From Tubulanus polymorphus (taxonomy: Eukaryota; Animalia; Nemertea), in NCBI RefSeq assembly GCF_964204645.1, contig NC_134030.1, positions 14,446,110-14,510,109 on the forward strand: a DNA stretch of 64,000 nucleotides, read 5' to 3'. Each line of letters starts with the position of its first letter. Positions within the stretch are counted from its first letter, which is position 1. Both the position numbers and the translations under genes were made by a program. Positions 50,135 through 60,735 of this stretch are shown piece after piece. The notes beneath the pieces were generated by a model, which was not told the origin of the DNA, ran no database searches, and saw only the letters and a list, made by a program, of their open reading frames with translations.

Positions 50135-51100
50135 ATGCCGGTCGAAACGAGGTCTGGAATGGACCGCGCATTGGCAGATAGACTAGCTGAAATGACAGCC
50201 AAAATTGACGATAAGCCAATGGGCATGACTCGTCTACAACCGCCACAGTTTACCGGTACGGTAAGCGAAGACGCTAATATTTGGTGGCGGCGGTTCACCC
50301 AATATTCTACTTTCATGGGCTGGACCAATGAAAAGAAACTTAAAGCAGTGGGGCTGTTTTTAGATGGACTTGCTTCGGCTTGGTATTGGACCGTGGTCGA
50401 GGCAAGCAAGTCAAAAGACGCAACCGTTAAGACAACGGCGAATAGTATCTTATCAGATATTGACAACTTTGAAAGGGAATTCAAAAAGAAATTCGATTCT
50501 GGATCAATGAAATGGGTGCGTGAGCAAAGTTTAATGAACAGAAAACAATTACCGGGGGAATCGTTGGACGTCTATCTTCAAGACATCCAAATACGTTCGG
50601 CGGCTCTTGAAAAGAACGATCATGATTTAATGGTCCTATTTATCAATGGCTTGGCGGACAATTTGAGAGCGTTTGTCGTATCTAGATCACCAACAACTAT
50701 GGACGAAGCCGAACAATACGCGCGCTTGTATGAATCCGTGTTGGCGCTGCAGGCGAAACCGCCTCCAATTGCCGGCATCATATCATCCACTGAGAACCGA
50801 AATGAAATTTCGGATCTCAGGGATGAAATCAGGAATTTGAGCCGGGAAGTCTCGAGACTTCAGGTACAGGTCCGGAGGCAGGATAATAACCTGCCGCCAC
50901 GAAACTTCAGATCTGCTTCCGGATCTGTAGTTTGTGGTAGATGCAATCGAGTCGGGCATCACGAACGTAATTGTTTTAGGCAGAACGGTAGTTATCGGCC
51001 GGATAGACGGTTTAATAATTCTAACAATAATTTCGGTAATCGTTCCAACGACAATCCTAATAGATTCAGGCCGGGAAACAACCCCAGGCCCGGATTTTAG
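50135..51100 (+). CDS. gag: Gypsy C gag
   Basis: PPQFTG...FLDGLASAWY capsid region; CCHC knuckle CGRCNRVGHHERNC. Confidence 0.9.
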   Translation: MPVETRSGMDRALADRLAEMTAKIDDKPMGMTRLQPPQFTGTVSEDANIWWRRFTQYSTFMGWTNEKKLKAVGLFLDGLASAWYWTVVEASKSKDATVKTTANSILSDIDNFEREFKKKFDSGSMKWVREQSLMNRKQLPGESLDVYLQDIQIRSAALEKNDHDLMVLFINGLADNLRAFVVSRSPTTMDEAEQYARLYESVLALQAKPPPIAGIISSTENRNEISDLRDEIRNLSREVSRLQVQVRRQDNNLPPRNFRSASGSVVCGRCNRVGHHERNCFRQNGSYRPDRRFNNSNNNFGNRSNDNPNRFRPGNNPRPGF

Positions 51101-51116
51101 GGGATGATTCCGAGCC
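51073..51116 (+). promoter_or_regulatory. -1 ribosomal frameshift signal (slippery site plus putative pseudoknot)
   Basis: G GGA AAC in the gag frame; the -1 frame is open into FLVDTGA. Downstream pairings CCCC/GGGG and GGCCCGGA/TCCGAGCC. Confidence 0.75.
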
Positions 51117-54100
51117 ATTAGAAATTAAATCCCCATCTCATTGTGGTAAGAGTAAACTGATAAAGAACGAAATATTTCCAGGCTTTACTTCCAGTACAAA
51201 CGATCAGACTATTAATTCTATTCCAATTTTAGCAACTGTTGCATTAGCAGTTCCTGGAAAGATTCATGGTAATTCCACCAGTTTCCTTGTTGATACTGGC
51301 GCGTGTGTTAGTTGTATTAGCCAATCACTGTATGATTCATTGAATGAAAAGCCTTCGCTAATTCCAGGAAAATATGCAAATGCGCACACTGTCAAGGGTG
51401 ATTCATTTCGCTTGGCCGGTATTGTAGAATTAACGATCGAGGTCTCCGGGAAACCATTTTCTCACGAATTCTATGTGGTTCCAGGATTGGTTCAAGATAT
51501 TATCTTAGGTGTAGATTTTCTGGAAAAATATAAAGTTTTGATTAGTTTTGAAGACAAACGAATTTTCATAAAGGGTGAGACTTCGGTTGCTATAAACGGA
51601 ATCCATAATATGTGTGGTGCTGTAAAATTGAAAGTAATGACTGATTTATCTATTCCAAAATTATCACAAGTTATTCTACCGGTTAAATTATGTGAATCAC
51701 TTCCAGACGGAACCACTGGAATGATAGAGGGATATCCTGGTTTATTGCACAAATACCATGATCAATTATTGGTTGGTAAATCATTATGCACAGTAACGGC
51801 TAATACAGTACCGATGCTCGTGTTGAATTGCACTGATGATGATATAATTATTCATTCGGATCAAAAATTAGCATTTTTCTTGCCACAATTTGGTGATAAA
51901 GGAAAACCTGCTTTTGATATATGTAGCGGAAATAATGGAGAATCGAAAGTAGATTCGTCGAATCAAATTGTAACAGTGAATGGTTTGGAAATTAAACAGA
52001 CCGCTAAACCGTTTTTATCCGCTGATGAATTACAGGGTAGTCCTGATATCGATTTAGAAGATTCAGATTTAACTGATGTACAGAAAAGTGAGTTAAAGAA
52101 TTTATGCATGGAATTCAGGGACGTTTTTGCTAATAATATTCGAGAAATTGGCCGTACAAATTTAATTACACCAAAAATTGAAATTGAAGGGCCACCAATT
52201 AAATCACGACCCTATCGATTGGCTCCTGTTTTAGAAACGGAATTAGAAAAACAATTAGACGACATGATGGAAATGAAATTGATTGAAGAATCATCGTCCG
52301 AATGGAGTAGTCCTTGTATTCTGGTTAAGAAGAAGGACTCTACATATCGGTTCGTTGTAGATTTTAGAGCCTTGAATTCTCGAATGCGTAAGGATCATTA
52401 TCCACTTCCATTAATTGATTCATTATTGAGTAAGTTAGGTCAGAAAAAGCCGGTTATTTATAGCAGTTTAGATCTTTTCTCGGGTTTTCATCAGATCGAA
52501 ATTGATCCTCAGAGTCGGGATTATACTAGTTTCATAACACCGCGTGGTTTATATCGGTATACTGTTCTACCTATGGGATGTAGTATTAGCCCTGCAGTAT
52601 TTTCTAGATTAATGTCAAGGGTTTTACACAGACTAACGTACGATATATGTCTTGTATATTTAGATGACATAATATGTTTTGGCTCCAGTTGGCAAAATCA
52701 TTTGGATAACTTAAGGCGAATTTTCGAAAGACTTAGACAGGCTGGCTTAAGGCTGAAGTCTAGAAAATGCGAATTTGGGAAGAAAGAATTGAAATTCTTA
52801 GGTCATATTGTTACACCGGAAGGTGTTAAGGTTGACCCCGAAAAAATTTCGGCTGTTGTCAACTACAAAGCCCCTAAAACAGTTAAGCAGATACGTAGTT
52901 TTGTTGGGCTTGTGTCCTATTATCGGGCTTTTGTGAAGGGTTTCTCCGAAATAATCAGACCTCTCACGGCTTTAACTCAGAAGGGTAAACCTTTTAATTG
53001 GACCGAGGAATGTCAACAGGCATTCGAAAAATGCAAACAAATTTTGACTACAGCTCCAGTCTTAGCATATCCAAATTTCAATGAAAAATTCATATTATAC
53101 ACTGACGCTAGCAATTATAGCGTTGGATTCGTTCTTTCTCAAGGAAAAGACCCAGAGCGAGTTATATGCTATGGGACTCGATTATTCAATAAAGCCGAAC
53201 AAAACTATACTGTCAGTGAGAAAGAATGTTTAGCGGTAGTTTATGGTGTAAAGAAATACGAGCCCTATTTGTATGGCCAGAAATTTGAAGTAGTTACGGA
53301 TCATAGTGCCTTGAAATGGCTAATGACTATGAAAGATCCGAACGGTCGTTTAGCTCGCTGGGCAATGAAATTGTCTCAGTATGATTTTGATATTGTTCAT
53401 AGAGCGGGGAAGAAACATTTAAATGCAGACGCTTTGTCGAGACCGGTATATTCAATCCCAACAATTATTGGTAGTAACGAGGATGGATATCCGTTTCAAA
53501 TTGAAATTGGTGGTAAAATGAATGAAAAAACAAATGATTGTAAAACTTGTACTTGTGATTTTCAGTGTGGATGTGTAGATGATATTATTGATATTAACAA
53601 TAAGGGTTTTTCCTTATCTTTTGAATCGCCTCCTGATGCCTATAACGCGCGCGATGACGCACGCGTAATGATAACTAATAATAATAATGAATTAAGCGCT
53701 GAGGATATATTAAGGAGTAATAGCTCCAATGAAAATGATTGCAAGGCTGTGGTCAACGCTGGACGTGACACAGACACCTTGTACCCCATGGGGATAAATA
53801 AAAATGAAGAAGAGATAAATGAAACTGAAATAGGGATCAATGAAAATGTACAGGGGAAATATAATACACGCAATGGAATGAACGGAATGAACCTACAACT
53901 AGGAACTAGTGGTCTCTGTGCTTTAGAGACTCCTAAAAATATTCCTAATACTGAGGAACATGATACTGATTGGGAGGCCGAGATGGCGGCTCACGAAGCA
54001 GCCACTAATAGAAACATTCTGGCAATATCCCCGCGGGTTCCTTCGCCACCGAGTGTTCCGAATCCATTAGTACCCCAGAGGGGCATCAATTTACTGTACC

Positions 54101-54123
54101 CCTCGTTGTTATCAAGACCTTGA
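51073..54123 (+). CDS. pol: Gypsy C pol (protease, RT, RNase H, low-complexity tail), uninterrupted
   Basis: LVDTGA; LDLFSGFHQI; YLDD; YTDAS...NADALSR; then about 230 aa with no HHCC or DDE motif. Confidence 0.92.
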   Translation, partial: GKQPQARILGDDSEPLEIKSPSHCGKSKLIKNEIFPGFTSSTNDQTINSIPILATVALAVPGKIHGNSTSFLVDTGACVSCISQSLYDSLNEKPSLIPGKYANAHTVKGDSFRLAGIVELTIEVSGKPFSHEFYVVPGLVQDIILGVDFLEKYKVLISFEDKRIFIKGETSVAINGIHNMCGAVKLKVMTDLSIPKLSQVILPVKLCESLPDGTTGMIEGYPGLLHKYHDQLLVGKSLCTVTANTVPMLVLNCTDDDIIIHSDQKLAFFLPQFGDKGKPAFDICSGNNGESKVDSSNQIVTVNGLEIKQTAKPFLSADELQGSPDIDLEDSDLTDVQKSELKNLCMEFRDVFANNIREIGRTNLITPKIEIEGPPIKSRPYRLAPVLETELEKQLDDMMEMKLIEESSSEWSSPCILVKKKDSTYRFVVDFRALNSRMRKDHYPLPLIDSLLSKLGQKKPVIYSSLDLFSGFHQIEIDPQSRDYTSFITPRGLYRYTVLPMGCSISPAVFSRLMSRVLHRLTYDICLVYLDDIICFGSSWQNHLDNLRRIFERLRQAGLRLKSRKCEFGKKELKFLGHIVTPEGVKVDPEKISAVVNYKAPKTVKQIRSFVGLVSYYRAFVKGFSEIIRPLTALTQKGKPFNWTEECQQAFEKCKQILTTAPVLAYPNFNEKFILYTDASNYSVGFVLSQGKDPERVICYGTRLFNKAEQNYTVSEKECLAVVYGVKKYEPYLYGQKFEVVTDHSALKWLMTMKDPNGRLARWAMKLSQYDFDIVHRAGKKHLNADALSRPVYSIPTIIGSNEDGYPFQIEIGGKMNEKTNDCKTCTCDFQCGCVDDIIDINNKGFSLSFESPPDAYNARDDARVMITNNNNELSAEDILRSNSSNENDCKAVVNAGRDTDTLYPMGINKNEEEINETEIGINENVQGKYNTRNGMNGMNLQLGTSGLCALETPKNIPNTEEHDTDWEAEMAAHEAATNRNILAISPRVPSPPSVPNPLVPQRGINLLYPSLLSRP

Positions 54124-56253
54124 GATGTTGTAGAGAGGTTCATTCCGTACATTTTTGGGGAGGGGGGATGATTTCGATATAGGCGATAATGTCTATATGT
54201 ATGGTTTCGATAATTAGACGATGATATGAAATGGATTATAAAGGATGATAAATAAATATATTTGTCATAGTAAGAGGCATATTATAATGAAGAGGCGCAA
54301 TGAGTACTCGATTTTGATTGTATGTTTGTAATAGTGTAAGTCAGGCCTGCGTATTTTACTTGAGTGAATAAATTGTAGTGGAATATGAAATGATATTATA
54401 TGTTGAATATTGTATTTATCTAGGCGAGCGTTTAGGCAGCATCAGAGCTCTTGCGGTGCAGAAGTGTTTTGAGAGGCTGGGTGCGGATGACCCGTTCGGC
54501 CTTCACGTAATGTGCTAGTAACCTCTTACGTGACTCTGATGTAGGCTGCTTTTAGATTAAAAGTTACGTATGTACGTAAATTGTAGTGTGATTATTGTAA
54601 TGAAATTGAATTGATGTTTGAGGATGTGCGTGTGATATGGTAGTGATTATGAAGTTATATCTGTAATGTTTACATTTAATGGCTTGTATTAGATATCTAA
54701 TTGATAGTGTCTCTTATAATCATGTATGGTTATTGGTATTTACGATATATAATGATGTAGGTGTATAACGTATATGTGTTAAAAAAAAAAAAACAAACAA
54801 ACATTCTTTGTGATGTGTTTAATGTCTTGGTATAGTGTGCTGTGTTCACCTATTTTCGTATAATGATACCTACTATTATATATTATGCACATGGATTGTG
54901 GATTTCATCTTATATTCTTATAGATATTGTTCATTTTAAACATATAAGTATAATGTATAAGAAAATAATTACTTACCGTTTGTACGGTTGTGTTGGTCGC
55001 TTGTAATCCATGGCGTATGCTGTATCTGCCGTTGCGCGCCGGTATGATGCTTTGCTACTCTTAAGGGCCATTAGTCAAGATTTATGACTCTGTATCCAAG
55101 CAACCATTATTATCGGATGTTAATGTTTTACATAATGGTGTTGTAGTTGTATCGATGAATGGAAATTTTTTTCCTGTCTCATATCATGATGACCTTATGT
55201 CATTTTTTACTTAACATTTGACTTGTATTTGTATTATCCAATTCTAGTCCCTGAGGACAGGGCCTTTGCGGAAGGGGGGTATATGTGACAGTGGTATTGT
55301 TGAGTTTCAACAGCAGTCTCAATTCATAGGCAGTGCTGCCATCTTCTAACGATATCATAAACTATTCCGCATTCATTATCCAACTCATTCAACAGTGCCA
55401 TCTTTCGTGATAAAACTTTCGAACTTTGTTCCAGCGTCAGCTTTCATATAACTTTTTGTACTGAGATTGAACCTTAGGAAAATTACGACTAATGCGCGTC
55501 AGTTGCTCGTAAGTATTTGCTTTTGCGAGCAACGACTGCCGCTGAAGAACATAATTCAAAGTTAATGTTACATTTTTATGGGAAACTGTCACGTATAATG
55601 TCCTTTTGTAATTATTTCGGTTGAATAATGATATTTTTATGGGCAACGCTGTTGCGCTAACGACAAATTAACGGGCTTTGGCAATGTCGTTCGCTAATGA
55701 GATGGGTTGGAGAATTGACTATATATACTGGGGTTTTTGGACCGTGGGGGAGACCGCTAGAAATTTTTAGATCGTTGAGATCAGTTCGTGAAATAAAAGT
55801 AATTTTGAAGACAGGAACTCTGTGTGTTGCGACTCGTTTATTCTTGGACGTTTGTTAACATTCTATCACTCAAGTGGAATTCAAAGATCCCGTTAGTGAC
55901 AATTCACCGGCATGAACTGTGGGGCGGCATTATTTCGATTGAGGGTCGACCCGGTGACCGATTTGACTGCAAATTTTGTACAATTCAAGAAGATATGAAA
56001 GACCGTATGATCGAAAAACTTTGCGCCTAATTCGTGATCGTAGAAGTCCTGCTGACTGTTAATGTAATATTGTTGATGTAACGTATTTTATGTGATAATG
56101 TATTTTTCTATTTTATATGTAGTTTGTCGCCTGTTCTGAATGGGGACATTCAGGGCTGGTGGGGGGCTGTGTAGCGGAAATTCCTGTTAAATAGTTTAAA
56201 ATGTTGTCGTTATAATGTATAGTTTCTGTTTTTCCGCTGCGGAGCCCTCCTCA

Positions 56254-56760
56254 TTTTTAGGGTTTTCTGACTTTCGTCGAAAACCCTCTTGAAATTCTGT
56301 TGATTATTATTATTATTTATTTTCCGCCGATTTCGTCAAATAAAATTCATCTTCATTCAGATTCGGCAACTGACAGCTTCGAAACGAGATGTATAAATTG
56401 ATACTGTAATAACGGTCTCTCTGAACCAACAGATTGTCTGTACTTTCCATCCTATTTGAAACTTAAAAATACTTATTAGGTTACTGTAAATAAAGAATTG
56501 AATTGAATTGTTAGACAACAAGCACCGGCGAAATAACAGTTTGTGACGTCATTTAGTAAGTAAATAAAGGAGGGCTCCGAGAATTTCCAAATCACGGGGA
56601 CTATACTGGGGTTAGACCATTCAACCAAAAAGAGGATTGCTCCGATAAAATCCAAATCATCTCATTTTATTTTTTTCCATCGAATACCCGGTAATTAATT
56701 TTTCCTTTCGATCACATGCATCCAGAAAACCCGTTATCGCTGCTTTGCAGCTATATTTTT
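56254..56760 (+). mobile_element. Non-autonomous Helentron-type (HINE/DINE-like) element
   Basis: T-rich ends; 5' hairpin AGGGTTTTCTGAC...GAAAACCCT; short (ATT)n; 3' subterminal IR CAGAAAACCC followed by stem-loop GCTGC-TTT-GCAGC. Confidence 0.7.
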
Positions 56761-58136
56761 TTAATTGTTATGTTTTTTGGGCGATAATTAGCTCGCCCCT
56801 TTCATTTCACATTCTGTGCACCTCATTTTCTCTGCATATAGTAATATAATTAATTTCAGCTTTTAATAATCAAAACTTTAGGTTGATCACTTTTCGCTCT
56901 CACCTTATTTTACTATGTTAGATCCCGATTTACTATTTGTATAGTCGTCTAAACTCTTAAACTCGGAGCTTTTGCGCGGCGGCCATTTTTTTGTGCTGTG
57001 TGACGTCATCCTCCTTGCACGGTGACGTCATACTGCGCGGAATCTATAAAAATTGGTCAGCGCGCGCAAACGTCACTCTCGTCTCGACCTACATTGATTA
57101 GAGGTAAACAATAACACGCACTCTCCTGGCCTGGGGCAACCCAGGTCAGGCCGGGCTCTGACGTTAGTCAACTCGACGATATGTATCTATTTTTAATGCA
57201 TCGGGAATAGTCAACCTGGCAGCTTTTTCCTTTCGGATGAGAGAGACATGCGTCGTGAGATCTGTCTCTTCTTTTTAATTTTATGCCATGGGCATTATTT
57301 TGGGTCTGGCCTAAATTTAGCGACCATTGAGTCATTAATCGTGGATTTTTGCAAGGAGAGATCCTTGCACTAGCCTCTTTTATAGATAATAGATTATAAA
57401 TAATAAATAATTTATAACTAAGATAGATTATGATTTTTTTTGAGACCATTTATTTAACCTTTTTATTTGAATGAGGTGTACAAATTCAATTATTGAGATA
57501 AAAACTTCAAGAAAAATCCACTTTCTTGAGGCCAGGTCTCAAAATCTAATTCTTTATGAAGTGGCGAGTGTCGGGGTGTCTTTAGACACATAGATGGGGG
57601 CAAGATACAACGCCAGGACGAGGAGATCGTGCAGGGAGGCACTCGATATGATGTTACACCGTGAGGACCTGAGGAAAAGATGCGCCGGAGCTCGGGTGAC
57701 TGTGAGGTTCCGACATCGAGTCAAGGGCCCTGACTCGATAGACCTCATGGCGGACACCTGTCCTGTCTGGTCCGTGTAATTGGGTCAATAGTTAAGACTT
57801 ACCTCTGACACTCGCTTCCTTCTCCCCTTTTCCTTTTTTACGAACTATAAACTTTTTGTCTCTGAAGCTGTCCATCCCTACGGCGGAAACTTTCTGAGGA
57901 TTTCCCCTTTGTATTTCCACTCCCCGGGACTACAGGACCAAGGCGGACCATGTAGCCACGCTTATTGAGGAGACATGATGATCACGACACCTATCGGTCG
58001 CTACCAGAGGATGACACTAAACCGCGGACGCGTACCGGCTACAAAAGTTTTAGTTTCTGTTCACATGTTTCGACTTATAAATATCCAACTTGTATGTTCT
58101 ATCTTTTAATACGGGCCATGTGATTAACTGCGTATC

Positions 58137-58403
58137 AGTAATAGGGGTTTAGTTGTTTCAGGCCAAAGGTCGAACGGTCGAGCTCGTAAAAAATGAAAAA
58201 ACAAAAATAATAACAATTTCTACTTGAATTACTCGCGAAACTCATAAAAATGAAAAATAAATTCTCGCACACTCGAATTTATTTTTCATTTTTATGAGTT
58301 TCACTCCTAATTCAAGTAGAAATTGTTATTATTTTTATGTTTTTTCATTTTTACTCACCCGCCCGTTCAACCTTTAGCCTGAAACAACTAAACCCCTATT
58401 ACT
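58137..58403. repeat. Left terminus of Polinton 2: 267-bp imperfect palindrome (hairpin TIR)
   Basis: AGTAATAGGGGTTTAGTTGTTTCAGGC...GCCTGAAACAACTAAACCCCTATTACT; loop TCGCACACTC. Confidence 0.93.
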
Positions 58404-58487
58404 CTTAAATGTTATTCACATATATATGAATAACATTTAAATCATTGAACTTCTAAAATCAATTTTAATAAAAAATATAGTATTAAA

Positions 58488-60487
58488 ATGGAAGCAAATA
58501 AATACTACTGCCCAACATGTAATATCGATATAGACAAGTCTCAAAAAGCAAGACACAATAAAACTATAACACATTTAGAGAATAAATTGAAACTAGAATA
58601 TAAGGATGATATATTAGAAACTAAATTAGAAGAATTAAAGAATGAAAAAGAAACATACAAACATACAAATGTGATACACGTAATCAATCATTCAGTGATA
58701 AAAGATATTATAAAGAACATTTAAAATCTATAAGTCATATTAGAAATAAGAATAATGATATTTTAGGTGAAGATTATTTTGATAATGATAACGATAAGAA
58801 ACAGAAGACAATTAAAAGAATAAAAAATAAATTAAACAATAAAAGACCATATATGGAAGATGTAAGAAATTATATTAATTCATTAGATAATAAAAAAGAT
58901 ATAGAGATAACCGAAGCATTTAAAAGTGATATTGGTCCAGCAGCTATTGAGTTTAAATTTCATAAAGGTAAAACATTAGAAGAAAATAAAAAACATTTAG
59001 AAAATATGAAAGAAATAATAAAAATAATTACAGATGTTGAATATCCTAAAATTAGTATATCTTCTAAAGTAAAGTTTATAAAATCTGAAGATAAACCAAT
59101 ATATAATATAAATTCTCATTCACAACATATTATATCTAAACAACATATAGATGATAAATTAAATAAATGTTATAATGAAATAAAAACTAAAATAGAAGAG
59201 AAATATTTTGAAGGATCTGGTTTAATATTTGATGAAATAATATTTATAACTTTACATGTTTATAACACAAAATATAATAAGTTAACTAAATCAAAACCAA
59301 TAGATGAAAATAATTTATCATATTATAAAGATGATAGTATAAATGGAACAAGTTATATTAAACTACCATTTAAAACTAATGGTGTAATAAATGTACAAAA
59401 TGAAGATGATAAATGTTTTCTATGGGCTATAATAAGTTGTTTACACCCAGTTGAAGATTATAATAAACATACTTATAGATTAACTCATTATAAACAATTT
59501 GAAAATAATTATAAGATAGATAAGTATCCTGTTAGAATTAAAAATATTCCAAAAATAGAAAGAGATAATAATTTAAAGATAAATGTATTTGATTTAATTA
59601 AATAACCAAACAGAGAACTGAAGCAAAAACTGATTTTGAAAAAGATTTTTTTAAGTTAATGAACAATGCGTTCTATGGTAAGACTTGTGAAAATATTAGA
59701 AATCGAAATGATATTGAGTTAGTTAGTAATGGTAAAAGGATAAGGCATTTACAATCATATCCTAAGTTTAGGTAACAGAATATTTGATGAAAATTTAGCA
59801 GCAGTTAAAATGAGAAGAACTTCAATGAAGTTCAATAAACCTATTTATGTTGGCGCTTCAGTTTTAGAATTATCAAAATTACTAATGTATGAATTCTATT
59901 ATAATATATTACAACCTCATTTTGGAGAAAAACATATAGAAATACTATATTTTGATACTGACAGTTACATATTAAAGATAAAAACTGATAACATAACAGA
60001 TGATTTAAAAATATTAAAACACCATTTTGATTTCAGTAACTATCCAAAAAATCATGAATTGTTTAGCAATGATAATAAAAAAGTTCCTGGGAAGTTTAAA
60101 GATGAATTAGGTGGTGAAGAAATGATAGAGTTCATTGGTATTAGATCTAAAATGTATAGTTATAAAACTAAAGAACATGAAGCTAAAAAGTTAAAAGGAA
60201 TTACCAAAAGCGTTGTTGAAAAGAATATTCATTTCAAAGATTACATCAATTGTATATTTAATGAAGAAGTTAGAAAACATAAAATGAAATGTTTAAGATC
60301 TGAAGATCATGAAATGTTTATTGAAGAAATTGAAAAGATAAGTCTAAACCCATTTGATGATAAAAGATATATTTTAGATGATGGAATCCACACAGTCGCC
60401 TATGGTTGCAATTTAGATGAATATATAAAATTCAAAAGAGAAGAAACAAAAGAAAATGAAATTATGAAAAGAATTCTAACGTGTTAA
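58488..60487 (+). pseudogene. Protein-primed family B DNA polymerase with N-terminal zinc fingers and a large internal deletion
   Basis: EGSGLIF, SYIKLP, INVQNEDDKCFLWAI, then a direct jump to FEKDFFKLMNNAFYGKT, KPIYVG..VLELSK, YFDTDS, GKFKDE, KLKGI and PFDDKR. The exonuclease and motif A regions are absent near 59605. Confidence 0.9.
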
Positions 60488-60735
60488 TAAATTTCAATAA
60501 AAATTTGTATAATAAATGGAGAGTAAACAAGTACACAGTGAATTCTTAGATAGAATTAAAGATACCACAAATGTAAAACCTGTAGATTATAAATTCAAAA
60601 AGTTAACAGAATTAACAATTCACAAGAAATATTTAATTACCAATAAGGGAAAAAAAATATTTTAAAGCGTAAGGTTTCAGCGAACTCTAACTCTTTTTGA
60701 ATTTTAACCTATTTTAATAAAAATTTGATATATAA

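Larger units (their letters stand above)
49222..55901 (+). mobile_element. Ty3/Gypsy element C: gag and PR-RT-RNase H, no integrase
   Basis: 618-bp LTRs 49222-49839 and 55284-55901 with no difference found by eye; 4-bp TSD ATTC; PBS TGGTGGAGAACC at 49842; PPT GGAAGGGGGG at 55270-55279. Confidence 0.95.
48498..56030 (+). pseudogene. Gypsy B extra ORF with C2H2-like zinc fingers, split by the Gypsy C insertion
   Basis: WYCKYYKRKF..NYNKKRHL and TCGKG...KAHIETKH; in-frame stop at 48942-48944; ...RVPIRVI joins HRHELWGG...CKFC across the ATTC TSD. Confidence 0.6.
46891..58043 (+). mobile_element. 5'-truncated Ty3/Gypsy element B (integrase, extra ORF, PPT, probable 3' LTR)
   Basis: Starts at the end of RNase H (SRMPCRQC). 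PPT GGTGGGGGG near 56158-56166, then TGTAGC at 56170; matching GCTACA ends at 58043. LTR end is inferred from the terminal inverted motif only. Confidence 0.7.

Noticed and set aside
57120-57545. Small hairpins and TTTTGAGACC/GGTCTCAAAA inverted pair inside the Gypsy B LTR
   Set aside because: Too short and without a clear TSD, so no element can be defined.
13150-58403. One giant element bounded by the two hairpins
   Set aside because: Polinton genes lie outside this interval, the flanks differ (CACGTT vs CGTATC) and the outer stems differ. These are ends of two separate elements.
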